From NCBI GenBank assembly GCA_963729625.1, contig CAVSOU010000010.1:224001-288000 (forward strand): DNA of 64,000 nt, in the 5' to 3' direction. Made by a program: the position numbers and the translations under genes. The notes under the pieces are model-generated. The model was not told where the DNA came from. It saw nothing but the letters and a program-made list of their open reading frames with translations, and made no database searches. Positions 18,971-28,984 of the stretch are shown here, one piece after another; the first letter of the stretch is position 1; every line of letters begins with the position of its first letter. This DNA comes from an uncultured bacterium. Its GTDB lineage: Bacteria; Chloroflexota; UBA5177; JANWHV01.

Positions 18971-19996
18971 TCACGGACCATAGGCCGCCTTGACCACTGC
19001 GCATGCGCGCAGCGTCACCCACTTACTCGGGCGGCCCTGGGAGTCCACGTCCGCCCAGGTCTTGCCCCTGGACACCGCCTGGTTCCGCCAGCGGCCGTCG
19101 CGGTCTTGTTTGCCCAGCAGCCATGTGAGAGCTGCCCCCAGACGCTCATCTCTTGCGAAGCCGAGCGCGCATAAGGCCTCCAGATTCTGGAGCATATCGG
19201 CGACGTAGCCGATGGGGAAGGCCAGCTTGAACCAGGATTGGCTGGGCGTAGAGGCTCCCCGGCCGGCCGGATATGTCGCGATGGCCGGGTCGCACCCCAA
19301 GAGGAACTCGACGCCCTGTTTGATCGCCCGGCGCACCGGATCCGTCCGTCGTTCGGCAGGAATGCGAGCGAGCGCGAGGAGCGCCTTGATCGCGCCCCAG
19401 GCGCATGGCAGATGCGCGTTCGCCGCACAGCAAAAGCCCGGCCCGCTGGTGCCCGACAAATAGTAGCTGCCGAAGTCGTCACCGGTGATTGCGCGCGCTT
19501 GCCAGTCAATCGCGCGCTGCACACGCTCGTCTTCAATCCAGCCGAAGCCGATCAGGGCATGCAGCAAGTTACCGTTCAGGCAGTGAATCACGAGCGACGG
19601 CCCCGGCGCCGCGTCTCGGGCTCCGCCGCCCCAGGCCGCGAACCCCCCCGAGCTGGCCTGCGTGTGTGAAAGCACGTAGGCACATGCCGCCTGCACCCGC
19701 CCATCGTCACCGTCCGCGCTCATCTGATCGAGAAATATGAGCTGCCAGACGGTCCCGCGGTATTTCGGGCTGTATCCCGGGCCCGGCTTGACCCAGAATC
19801 CTTCCGGATCCTGCGCCGCAAGAATGGAGGCGATTGGGTCGGCACGCATTGCGGCGGCCTGCGCCTGGCGCACCTCCGGAGCGGAGGCCGGCAGGTCAAG
19901 AAGCCGGCAGAGCGCCATATGGCGCACGGCAGGGGTTTCCGCGTCGAGCAGCCAGGGTAGCGGATCTCCGTTGAGCTTGTCCTGCCAAGTGCTCAT
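18971..19996 (-). CDS. Prenyltransferase/squalene cyclase-like alpha-toroid protein of unknown function
   Basis: QW-like repeats AQDPEGFW and KQDRDGRW, PKYRGTVW, PSKWVTLRA; strong GAAGGAGG RBS. Confidence 0.75.
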   Translation of the reverse strand: MSTWQDKLNGDPLPWLLDAETPAVRHMALCRLLDLPASAPEVRQAQAAAMRADPIASILAAQDPEGFWVKPGPGYSPKYRGTVWQLIFLDQMSADGDDGRVQAACAYVLSHTQASSGGFAAWGGGARDAAPGPSLVIHCLNGNLLHALIGFGWIEDERVQRAIDWQARAITGDDFGSYYLSGTSGPGFCCAANAHLPCAWGAIKALLALARIPAERRTDPVRRAIKQGVEFLLGCDPAIATYPAGRGASTPSQSWFKLAFPIGYVADMLQNLEALCALGFARDERLGAALTWLLGKQDRDGRWRNQAVSRGKTWADVDSQGRPSKWVTLRACAVVKAAYGP

Positions 19997-20260
19997 TGCC
20001 CACCTCCTTCACATCGTCCATGCCTGTGCGGGGAGGTCCGCCGTCAAGGGCTGATTCCCGGCGCGGTACCGCTTCCCCGAACGAGCCGACAAGGGCACTG
20101 ACGCGATACCTCGTTCGATTGTGCCGACCGGGCGCCCATCACTCCTGGCCCGCGCACATTGGCACATAGTCGACAGCAGGACCGCGCGGTACGCCTGTAT
20201 TGTCGCCCGCACGATGATTTGATCGCAAATATCGCGAAGCGGTGCTGCGCGGCCCCCTGG

Positions 20261-21055
20261 TCAACATCTGAGGCTGGTGGATGGCAGGCTGCTCCGCACG
20301 CCTGACTTCATGTGACGCAGCAGGCCGAGTGAGGCGACTTGAAGGCACACGGCGACGCCCAGCGCGGTAAGAAACGCCGGTGCGATGCCGCTTCCCGGCA
20401 AGAGCTCGGCAAGAACGAAGTAGAAGCCGACAGTGGCCGACAGGCCGAGCACGAACCCACGCAGCAAGCTCGCCGCCGCGGCACGGCCACGCTGGGCGTG
20501 CGTAAAGGCAACGAAGATGCTCCCGTAGACCGGGAACGGCGCTATGAGGCCGGTCAGGCGGGCGCCGAGCGGCTGCGCCAAAGCCGTCAGAAGCAGAACG
20601 AGCACGGTCGCGGCCGCCATGCGCGCCGGCAGATCCCAGGGAGGGGCCGAGTACCGGGCATCGCCCCCGCTGCCCTGTCCGGGCATCACGTGGAGTGCGA
20701 GCGCCATGCCGGCCGCGACCACGATCAGCCAGGGCACTGCGCCCAGCTTGATTGGCTGCAGGACGAGCGTCGCCGTGACGAACGCGAGGCCGCCCGCGAG
20801 AACGGTCGTTCGCCAGCCGGCCATCCTGCCGATGTACGCGTAGGTCAGGCAGAATGCTACCTGCGACAGCGTGGCCGAGAGCGTGCCTACCGCGACAGAG
20901 GTTGCGAACGTCGTGCCATGCGTCAAAGCCAGGAGAAACGACACCGGGCCCGAGGTAAGTGGAAGACCGATGATGCAGCCGCTCACGGCCGGGCCCCAGC
21001 GCCTTCCTGCCAGACTGGCAGAGAGGATGAGCACGGGCGAGAGAAGCAACTTCAA
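20261..21055 (-). CDS. Conserved multi-pass membrane protein
   Basis: About 8 hydrophobic segments, GRRWGP..G...GLPLTSGP; the true start may be a damaged codon at 21070. Confidence 0.75.
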   Translation of the reverse strand: MKLLLSPVLILSASLAGRRWGPAVSGCIIGLPLTSGPVSFLLALTHGTTFATSVAVGTLSATLSQVAFCLTYAYIGRMAGWRTTVLAGGLAFVTATLVLQPIKLGAVPWLIVVAAGMALALHVMPGQGSGGDARYSAPPWDLPARMAAATVLVLLLTALAQPLGARLTGLIAPFPVYGSIFVAFTHAQRGRAAAASLLRGFVLGLSATVGFYFVLAELLPGSGIAPAFLTALGVAVCLQVASLGLLRHMKSGVRSSLPSTSLRC

Positions 21056-21156
21056 TGCGAGCGTGTCTACAGCCGCTACCTCCAGCCGGAAACGTACACG
21101 CCTTTATGGTAGCCACCTGAAGCGCCGTGCGGGAAACCCGGTGCGGGCGGATGACG

Positions 21157-21999
21157 TTAGCCCTTGACGGCCCCGGCTGTCAGCCCTTCGACCAACCACC
21201 GCTGCACGAGCGCGAACAGGATGACGACGGGAACGATGATGATCACGGTGCCCGCGGCAACCTGTCCCCACTGGAGTATCAGCGATGAGCTGATCTGGTA
21301 GATGTAGAGTGGCATCGTGGCCGTGGCACTGCTGCTGGAGATGATAGACGCGAAGAGGTAGTCGCCCCACGACACGATGAAGGCGAAGAACGCCGCCACG
21401 GCCAGGCCGGGCAACGACGTGGGCAGCACGATCCGCACCAGGGCGGTCAGCTTGTTGCAGCCGTCGACCAGCGAGGCCTCGATCAGCGCCTGCGGCACGG
21501 CGTCCATGTAGCTCTTGAGCATCCACACGCAGAACGGCAAGGCCAGGATGGTTTGGCCCAGGATCATACCGAGATACGTGTTGGTCAGGTGCAGGTCCAG
21601 GATGATCGTGTAGAACGGCACCAGGATCAGCACGCTCGGGAACATCTGCGACGTCAATATGGTGATCAGCAGGAAGCGCCGGCCCCAAATGCGGTACTTG
21701 CTCAGCCCGTACGCAGCCAGTGTCGAGACCACGAGCGACAGCGCGGTCACCGACAGGGCGATGATCGTCGAGTTCTTGAGGTAGTCCTCAATCGAGCCTG
21801 ACGCAGACTGCCAGATGTCCTGGTACGAGCTGAAAGTGAAATCCCTCCCCTGCGGGATCAGGTTTCCACTGAAAATTGCCTGCGTGGTCTTGAACGATTG
21901 CAGCACCAGCCACAGGATCGGTATCAGGAAAAAGCCGTAGTACAGGAAGAGCAACACATAGATCATCACCATCCTGTACCACGTCATCCGGTTAATCAT
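21157..21999 (-). CDS. Carbohydrate ABC permease (MalG-like)
   Basis: NSTIIA, AAYGLS, IEASLVDGC EAA motif, SWGDYL. Confidence 0.94.
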   Translation of the reverse strand: MINRMTWYRMVMIYVLLFLYYGFFLIPILWLVLQSFKTTQAIFSGNLIPQGRDFTFSSYQDIWQSASGSIEDYLKNSTIIALSVTALSLVVSTLAAYGLSKYRIWGRRFLLITILTSQMFPSVLILVPFYTIILDLHLTNTYLGMILGQTILALPFCVWMLKSYMDAVPQALIEASLVDGCNKLTALVRIVLPTSLPGLAVAAFFAFIVSWGDYLFASIISSSSATATMPLYIYQISSSLILQWGQVAAGTVIIIVPVVILFALVQRWLVEGLTAGAVKG

Positions 22000-23003
22000 G
22001 TCTCCGTCTCCTTCACCGTGAGGATGTACGGAATGGAGACGACAAGCAGTATGACCATCATGATGACGCCTGCCGATGCGGCGTATCCCGCCGTGTAGTT
22101 GTGCCAGAACTGGAGGTACACGTAGACCGGCAGCACCAGCGTGGCGTTGATGGGCCCGCCACCGGTTGACAGATACACGAAGTCGAAGTTGTTGAATGTC
22201 CAGAGCACGTGGATGATCACCATGATCATGGCGATGTAGGCAATACCCGGCATGGTGATGTGCCGGAACCGCGAAATCGCCGAGGCGCCGTCGATGGCCG
22301 CGGCCTCGTACCGTTCGGCCGGTATGGAATTCATTGCCGCGAACAGCGCAATGCCGAAAAACGGCGTGTTCCGCCAGAGGTGCATGATCACGATCGAAGG
22401 AAAGGCGGTGTTCAGATTGCCGAACCAGTACGCGTTGAACTGCTTCAGGCCGAGATCTCTGAGGATGATGTTGAACAGGCCGTAGCTCGGCAGCCATACG
22501 AGGTTGAACATCATCACCGTGGCAACCACCGGGATGGTCCAGCTGGCCATTGTCACGCTGCGGAAGAACTGGATTCCCGGCACTTTCTCGTGCAGCAAGA
22601 GTGCCAGCCCGGTGCCTAGCACCAGCTCCAGGATCACGACGATAGCGGTCAGCTCTACTGAGTTGAGCAGCGCGGACGCGGGGTTACTGTTCCAGCTGGG
22701 AAAGCCGTTCCAGAAAGCAGAGTCGGCGAAGAGATTGCCAAAATTGTCGAAGCCCACCCAGTTCTGGACGCCAGGGGTCAGGGTGCCGGCATTCGTGAAG
22801 CTGAGAATAACACCCTGCAGCACTGGGTAGAGCACGACGAAGCCGATCAGCGCCAGCGCCGGCAGCGCCAGCACGTAGCCGAACCATTCGCGTTCTGGCA
22901 TATGAAGGACATCCGCGATGGCCCGCGGCAGGGGGCCGGGCTGGAGCCGAAGCCCCAGCCCGGTCTCGTCGGAAGCACCGGCGCGATCGGTCGGATCTTG
23001 CAT
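21996..23003 (-). CDS. Carbohydrate ABC permease (MalF-like)
   Basis: VGFDNF, YEAAAIDGA..FRHITMP, TGGGP. Confidence 0.93.
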   Translation of the reverse strand: MQDPTDRAGASDETGLGLRLQPGPLPRAIADVLHMPEREWFGYVLALPALALIGFVVLYPVLQGVILSFTNAGTLTPGVQNWVGFDNFGNLFADSAFWNGFPSWNSNPASALLNSVELTAIVVILELVLGTGLALLLHEKVPGIQFFRSVTMASWTIPVVATVMMFNLVWLPSYGLFNIILRDLGLKQFNAYWFGNLNTAFPSIVIMHLWRNTPFFGIALFAAMNSIPAERYEAAAIDGASAISRFRHITMPGIAYIAMIMVIIHVLWTFNNFDFVYLSTGGGPINATLVLPVYVYLQFWHNYTAGYAASAGVIMMVILLVVSIPYILTVKETET

Positions 23004-23014
23004 GAACGATTCTG

Positions 23015-24358
23015 CTAGAGCACGCCACGCGCCAGCAACGTGTTCAAGTCGTGATACAAAGCCGTGCCGGCCTTGGCCGCAGTGGTCTGGTTGTACACCA
23101 CCGGCTGCAGCTCCTTGAAGATGGCGTCGAAGACGGCCGTCCAGTTCAGCGGATCGAGCGCCACGCCGTTCGGCACCAGCGCGCCGAAATCCTTGTGCCA
23201 CCAGTCCGAGGCCTGGGCGTCGGAACGCGTGGCGATAAAGCCGGAATCCGCCGACCAGACTTTCAGAACTTTCTCGGAGGTCAGGAACTGGATGGCTTCC
23301 CAGGCCGCGGCCTGGTTCGGGCTGTACTTGTTGAGCAGCAGCGGCTTGACTTCCAGATAGGTTCCGCTGCCGCCGCCGGGAGCGATCGGCAACGGCACGA
23401 TCGCCGTATCCTGTTGAATGATGTACTTCGGCAGGCCGCCGCCGTACGACTGGTAGGCCAGCATCCAGGGGCCTTCCGGCACCATGGCAAACTTGCCCGT
23501 GACGTAGCCGATGTCCTCGGAGTTATAGTCGATGCCAAGATACGTGTTGTCGATTGCAGGCTGGCTCCCCTTTGACTGCCCGTAGAACAAGTCGTGGTAC
23601 AGCTGATAGACCTTGGCGAGCTCTGCCGGCGTCGAATTGACCGACCACTTCTTCGTGGCTGGGTCCAGCTTGAAGAGGTGCTTGTTGATCTGGAAGAACC
23701 AGGAGATCCACTCCTGCGGACCACGCACCGAGGACACCATGGTGCACACCCCGAAGCCCGACATGCCGAGCACCGGACCATAGGATGCCTCGGTCTGGCC
23801 CTTGGTCGTAATGTACGAGGCCGTCTCCAGCAGCTCCGGCCAGGTCGTGGGAATCTTCAGCCCATAGTGCTTGAGTATGCTCTTGCGCACGAGCATGCCG
23901 CGGGCATTGGTGTTGTACGGGATACCGTACAGTTCGCCGTTGTAGGTCAAAGCGGAAACGGTGGAGGGGAAGAACTTGGTGTGGTCCGGCCAAGCGGCGA
24001 ACAGACTTGTCAATGGCGCGAGGTCTCCTGCGCGCACGCAGGCCACCATGTCCTCCCACAGGTCTTCCATGATGTCCGGAGAGCCAGTCTTGGCCTGCAG
24101 GAGGAACTTATCCTGCTGCTTTCCGTAGTCGCCCGGACCGTAGTCAGTCGTGAACTGGATGTTCGGAAGCGTGTCGTTCTTCAGGAACCAGGGAAGAAAC
24201 ACCTTGGTGTCCTGGCCATTGAGGAATGGAGTAGACCAGAAGGTAACAGGTGTCTTTCCTGCTGCCATTACGCGCTGCAACGAGCGCGGGTTCCCTAGTG
24301 CCGCCAGGGCTGCGGCCGCTCCAGCTCCCTTGAGGAATGTCCGCCGAGATGATGCCAT
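23015..24358 (-). CDS. Carbohydrate ABC substrate-binding protein with Tat signal
   Basis: SSRRTFLKG twin-arginine signal; YNGELYGIP, PTTWPEL, GKFAM; CAGGAG RBS. Confidence 0.92.
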   Translation of the reverse strand: MASSRRTFLKGAGAAAALAALGNPRSLQRVMAAGKTPVTFWSTPFLNGQDTKVFLPWFLKNDTLPNIQFTTDYGPGDYGKQQDKFLLQAKTGSPDIMEDLWEDMVACVRAGDLAPLTSLFAAWPDHTKFFPSTVSALTYNGELYGIPYNTNARGMLVRKSILKHYGLKIPTTWPELLETASYITTKGQTEASYGPVLGMSGFGVCTMVSSVRGPQEWISWFFQINKHLFKLDPATKKWSVNSTPAELAKVYQLYHDLFYGQSKGSQPAIDNTYLGIDYNSEDIGYVTGKFAMVPEGPWMLAYQSYGGGLPKYIIQQDTAIVPLPIAPGGGSGTYLEVKPLLLNKYSPNQAAAWEAIQFLTSEKVLKVWSADSGFIATRSDAQASDWWHKDFGALVPNGVALDPLNWTAVFDAIFKELQPVVYNQTTAAKAGTALYHDLNTLLARGVL

Positions 24359-24793
24359 AGCATTGTCTCCTGTCTACAAACGGTGATAACAACGACCAAG
24401 CAATTCGTCACGCTGCTCGTATCGCCCGGTCGCGAAACTCTGGCACGTGTCACGGGAACCGTCTTGGGCCTCGAAAGAGACTGCGCGGCATGGAACAGCC
24501 CGGTTCGCATCTGCCGCCATGCGCGTTACGTGCAACCAAGCGCCTCCTAGATGCGGCGCTCAACGCACCGATGCACGTCTCGAGATCCTGCACGGCTGGT
24601 TCTGGAGCAGGCAACGCTCAATATGCCGGCCAGTCCTCCTGCTGTTTCATCGTGGACCTGATGCGAGCTGTCCGGAAACAATCGTCACACTCTTGGCAAG
24701 GCGTAAACGATGAGTGGAGTTCACACCAGTCCACAGGACGACCTACAGCCTAAGGCACAGCGAGAATCGGTTCAAGCGAATACTACATCGGCA

Positions 24794-24844
24794 TGGACGT
24801 ACAAGAGTGTTTCCAGTATAATGCGTCTGGATTCGGCATGTCAA
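24794..24844. promoter_or_regulatory. Overlapping divergent sigma70 promoters
   Basis: Plus strand: TGGACG, 17 bp, TATAAT (24817-22). Minus strand: TTGACA (24844-39), 18 bp, TATACT (24820-15). Confidence 0.65.
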
Positions 24845-24966
24845 GGCGGCCGTTTCCGATGTTTCGGCGTTGCAAGTTTCCACATGTTTCGGCTATTTGG
24901 GTCACACCGGTAGATCGCCACAAGACGCAGACAGCCGTAAGGTGATAGCAGAGGACGGGAGTCAGA

Positions 24967-26016
24967 ATGCCTGCATCGCTCCGCGATGTAGCTCGCAGTG
25001 CCGGTGTGTCGGTTGCTACCGCCTCGCGCGCCCTGAATGGGTCGGGCGGGCGCTCCGTATCTCCGGAGGCGCAGGCGCTCGTCCGGAACGCGGTGGAGCG
25101 GCTGCAATACCGTCCGCCTGCGGCACCGGCCCGGCAGAGCAGAGGCCCCTCCGGTGCAACGCGACGGACAAACAGCATCGGTCTGCTGCAGCGAGCGACC
25201 TATCGCTATACCGACCCCTTCTGGTCGCCAGTGCTGGAGGGCGTCACCAAAGAAATATTGCGGCAGGGATATCACGTTCGCTGTCTCTATACTTTGGATG
25301 ACCTGACCCACCCCCGGCGCAGGCAGCTGCTGAACGCACGGTATATCGACGGCCTGATTCTCATCGGGGACGTTGGCCTTACCGACGACCTCGTCGAGCT
25401 CGTGCCGCCCGAGCACGTCGTCGTCATCGCCGGTTCCGACGCCACGCGATGGGAATCAGACGTCCGTTTCGACGTGATTACCATGGAGAAGCATGTGGCA
25501 ATGGACAGCCTGATCGGCCACGTCGCCGCTCAAGGCCACCGCCGACTTGGCTACCTGGGCCCGACCCCCGAGCACGACCGGCGCGCGGAAGGGTTCGTGT
25601 ACGCGCTGGCTCGCCACGGCCTCCCGCTTGTACCGGGTCTGTTCGTGGAGTGCGATTTCGGTACCGAAGCTGGGCATGCCGCTGCGTTGTCGCTCCTGAG
25701 TGCGCGTGCGCGCGACCTGGACGGCCTGATCTGTGCCTGCGACACTATCGCGATCGGCGCCATGCGTGCCGCAAAGGAGATCGGACTCCACCTGCCCGTT
25801 GACCTGGCTATCGCGGGCTTTGACAACATCCGATTCTCGCGCGACCTCGATCCCCCATTGACGACCGTACAGGTACCCAAGGAGTTGATGGGCGAGCTGG
25901 CCGCGCGACGCGTGATCGACTGCATCAACCACCCCGATTGGCCGCCGATCATTCAGATGGTGCCAACAAAGCTGGTGGTCCGTGCATCGTGCGGCGAGGC
26001 GCCGGCCGGCGCTTAG
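24967..26016 (+). CDS. LacI family transcriptional regulator
   Basis: LRDVARSAGVSVATASRALN HTH; GFDNI..PPLTTV. Confidence 0.95.
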   Translation: MPASLRDVARSAGVSVATASRALNGSGGRSVSPEAQALVRNAVERLQYRPPAAPARQSRGPSGATRRTNSIGLLQRATYRYTDPFWSPVLEGVTKEILRQGYHVRCLYTLDDLTHPRRRQLLNARYIDGLILIGDVGLTDDLVELVPPEHVVVIAGSDATRWESDVRFDVITMEKHVAMDSLIGHVAAQGHRRLGYLGPTPEHDRRAEGFVYALARHGLPLVPGLFVECDFGTEAGHAAALSLLSARARDLDGLICACDTIAIGAMRAAKEIGLHLPVDLAIAGFDNIRFSRDLDPPLTTVQVPKELMGELAARRVIDCINHPDWPPIIQMVPTKLVVRASCGEAPAGA

Positions 26017-26056
26017 CGCGTAAGAACAGGACTGACGGAGTGAAAGGATTGGACTG

Positions 26057-27385
26057 ATGGTCAAGATCGCGCTCATTGGAGCGGGCAGCGTGGTGTTTAC
26101 GCGAAATCTGATTGGCGACGTGCTGTCGTATCCTGCGTTGCACGACTGCACAATCAGCCTCATGGACATTGACGGTGAGCGGCTGGCCCTGGCGCGCGAT
26201 CTGGTGCAGGCCATTATCGACCAGCGCGGTATCCCGGCGCGCGTTGAGGCCACATTGGACCGGGCGTCCGCAGTCCGTGACGCGCGCTATGTCATCGTCA
26301 CGATGCAGGTGGGAGGGCTCGAGGCATACGCAATTGACATCGAGATTCCGGCCCGCTACGGGGTCGGGCAGTGCGTGGGCGACACGCTCGGCCCGGGCGG
26401 CATCTTCCGCGGCCTGCGAACCATCCCGGTTCTGCTGGACATCTGCCGTGAGATGGAGGATCTCTGTCCTGCAGGCGGCTTGATGTTGAATTACTCGAAC
26501 CCCATGGCAATCAACTGCTGGGCAGTCGCGTCGACAGGCAGGCCGCACGTCGGTCTCTGCCATAGCGTTCAGGGCACCTCGCGCATGTTGGCGAAATGGA
26601 TTGGCGTACCTTATGAGGAAGTCGACCATCGTGTCGCGGGAATCAATCACCAGGCCTGGTTCCTCGACCTCCGCCATCGCGGCGTGGACGCCTATCCGCG
26701 GCTGCGCGATCGCATTCGCGATGGCGACGTGATCGGCCAGGAGCCGGTACGCGTTGAGCTCATGCGCCAATTTGGCTACTTTGTGACGGAAAGCAGTGGG
26801 CACGCCTCGGAGTACGCTCCGTACTTCCGCAAGTCTCCAGCAATGGTCGACGAGCTCCGCGCGCGTTTCACGTCTCCAGAGGACGAGTGGTTCGACTGGG
26901 GACGTACCGGCGGCTACCTCAAGGAATGCCGCCGCCGCCTGACGACGTACCTCGACGACGTGCGCGCCCAGGCCGCCGGCCAAACGCCGTTGCCGGAGGG
27001 TCGCAGCGACGAGTACGGAGCCGGGATCATCAATGCCATGGAGACCGGTGTCCCATTCAGGTTCAATGGAAACGTGCCGAACACGGGCCTGATCGCGAAT
27101 CTGCTACCGGGGTCCTGTGTTGAGGTACCGTGCCTGGCAGACGGCATGGGCGTGCAGCCGACCGTGATTGGCATGCTTCCATCCCAACTTGCGGCGCTGA
27201 ATCGCACGGCTATCAACGTTCAGGATTTGGCTGTGGCAGGCGGGCTTCGCGGCGATCGCGAGGCGGTTGTGCACGCCGTCATGCTGGATCCGCTCACGTC
27301 GGCGATCTGCACCCTCGATCAGATTCGCAACATGACCGAAGAGCTATTCGCGGCCGAAAGCGCGTGGCTGCCGCAGTTTAGCTGA
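26057..27385 (+). CDS. melA: GH4 NAD+-dependent alpha-galactosidase
   Basis: KIALIGAGSVVF, GDTLGPGG, NYSNP, GLCHS, GINH, TESSGH.SEY. Confidence 0.9.
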   Translation: MVKIALIGAGSVVFTRNLIGDVLSYPALHDCTISLMDIDGERLALARDLVQAIIDQRGIPARVEATLDRASAVRDARYVIVTMQVGGLEAYAIDIEIPARYGVGQCVGDTLGPGGIFRGLRTIPVLLDICREMEDLCPAGGLMLNYSNPMAINCWAVASTGRPHVGLCHSVQGTSRMLAKWIGVPYEEVDHRVAGINHQAWFLDLRHRGVDAYPRLRDRIRDGDVIGQEPVRVELMRQFGYFVTESSGHASEYAPYFRKSPAMVDELRARFTSPEDEWFDWGRTGGYLKECRRRLTTYLDDVRAQAAGQTPLPEGRSDEYGAGIINAMETGVPFRFNGNVPNTGLIANLLPGSCVEVPCLADGMGVQPTVIGMLPSQLAALNRTAINVQDLAVAGGLRGDREAVVHAVMLDPLTSAICTLDQIRNMTEELFAAESAWLPQFS

Positions 27386-27567
27386 CGCGGCGGCTGAAGA
27401 AGGTCACGACGACTCAGAGGCTTATTCGCGCAAACCAGGCGAAGAGGCGGCTAAGGCCGAGTATGCTGTTGGCAGCGGCGTACGCTATCATGGTGTTTGT
27501 AGTATCTCCGACTCTCTCAGTGCTGTGCGTCTCGTAGCGCGCGAATGGATTGAAACGTGCCACGACC

Positions 27568-28629
27568 ATGAGCCCTTCGCCGCATACACTCGTCATCGAC
27601 GGGCACAACGACGTGCTCCTCAGGCTATGGGAGGCCGACGGTCACGCCGCGCCTGACTTCTTCGCCCGAGGAAGTATCGGCCATCTCGATCTGCCGCGGG
27701 CAAAGGAAGGCGGTCTGGGCGCTGGGTTCTTCGCGGTCTTTGCGCCGGACCCTACCGAGCCGATAGACTCGGTGATCTCAAGCGCTGCGATGTACCAGGC
27801 TGACCTGCCGAGTCCCCTGCAGGGCGATTATGCCCTGCGAGTGAGCATCGCGCAGGTGGCCAGGCTCTTCCGGCTGGAACAACAGTCTGGCGGCCAGTTC
27901 AAGGTCGTGCGCGCCGTGACCGAGCTGGAGGAGTGCCTGCGGTCCGGTGTTCTTGCCGCGATTCTGCATATGGAAGGCGCGGAACCGATAGACGAAAGTC
28001 TCGATTCGCTGGAGGTCTTTTACCAGGCGGGGCTGCGCTCCCTGGGGCTCGTGTGGAGTCGTCCCAACGCCTTCGGAAACGGGGTACCGTTTCGCTATCC
28101 TTCCTCGCCGGACACCGGCCCGGGCCTGACTGATGCGGGTCGGGCGCTGGTGCGATCGTGCAACAGGTTGGGCGTGCTCGTCGATCTCTCGCATCTGAAC
28201 GAGCAGGGTTTCTGGGCGGTCGCGTCGCTGACCACTGCTCCGCTCGTGGCCACGCACTCCGGCGCACATACGATTTGTCCTGTAAGCCGCAATCTGACCG
28301 ACAAGCAGCTTGATGCGATTCGGGAGTCCGACGGCATCGTGGGGATGAACTTCGCGGTGAGGTTCTTGCGGCCCGATGGTGCGAACTCTCCGGACACGAC
28401 GTTGGAAACGATGGTGCGGCACCTTGACTACTTGGTGGAGCGGCTTGGCATCGACCACGTGGGGCTTGGCTCGGACTTTGATGGAGCAGTCATCCCCGAG
28501 GCGATCGGCGATGTTGCCGGCCTTCCGGTTCTGCTGAATGCTCTGCGCTCAAATGGTTACGACGAGAGTAACCTGGCGAAGCTTGCGCACGGCAACTGGC
28601 TGCGCGTCCTGCGGACTACATGGCAGTAG
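27568..28629 (+). CDS. Membrane dipeptidase family (M19)
   Basis: IDGHND, MEGAE, DLSHL, ATHS, RNLTD, GSDFDG. Confidence 0.94.
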   Translation: MSPSPHTLVIDGHNDVLLRLWEADGHAAPDFFARGSIGHLDLPRAKEGGLGAGFFAVFAPDPTEPIDSVISSAAMYQADLPSPLQGDYALRVSIAQVARLFRLEQQSGGQFKVVRAVTELEECLRSGVLAAILHMEGAEPIDESLDSLEVFYQAGLRSLGLVWSRPNAFGNGVPFRYPSSPDTGPGLTDAGRALVRSCNRLGVLVDLSHLNEQGFWAVASLTTAPLVATHSGAHTICPVSRNLTDKQLDAIRESDGIVGMNFAVRFLRPDGANSPDTTLETMVRHLDYLVERLGIDHVGLGSDFDGAVIPEAIGDVAGLPVLLNALRSNGYDESNLAKLAHGNWLRVLRTTWQ

Positions 28630-28795
28630 CCGCAGGCAGACGTATGGCGCACGTCCCAGATCGCGCCATCGGGAATCACGGCTGATCGAGGCCTCGTAGC
28701 TGCCGTTCATTGCCGAACGGCTGTGCTATGCAGAAGGCCGGAGCACGAGCAGGGCGATCCTGACCACTCGGGCAACGCCGCCCTCTGCAAAGCGT

Positions 28796-28825
28796 TTGAC
28801 ACGATCACACGCGATAACCTACACT
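28796..28825 (+). promoter_or_regulatory. Sigma70 promoter of the second peptide ABC operon
   Basis: TTGACA, 18 bp, TACACT. Confidence 0.6.
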
Positions 28826-28984
28826 GAGGCACCATTTAGCAAGGTTCTTGGACTGGTCCGAGAAGGAGGAGGTGTGGATCGCGCCTATCATGAAGAGGTC
28901 CGGCGGGCCGTCAAAGCCCAATTCCGATTGCGCGGGAATGGACATTCAGGAATTCATCGCAAGTTCTTTGGGAGGATGAAGCTC

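Noticed and set aside
18971-19996. Nitrogenase NifH (a label often attached to this family)
   Set aside because: No P-loop and no NifH Cys motifs
24618-24650. 10-codon minus-strand ORF (MKQQEDWPAY) as a leader peptide
   Set aside because: No RBS and no attenuator structure identified
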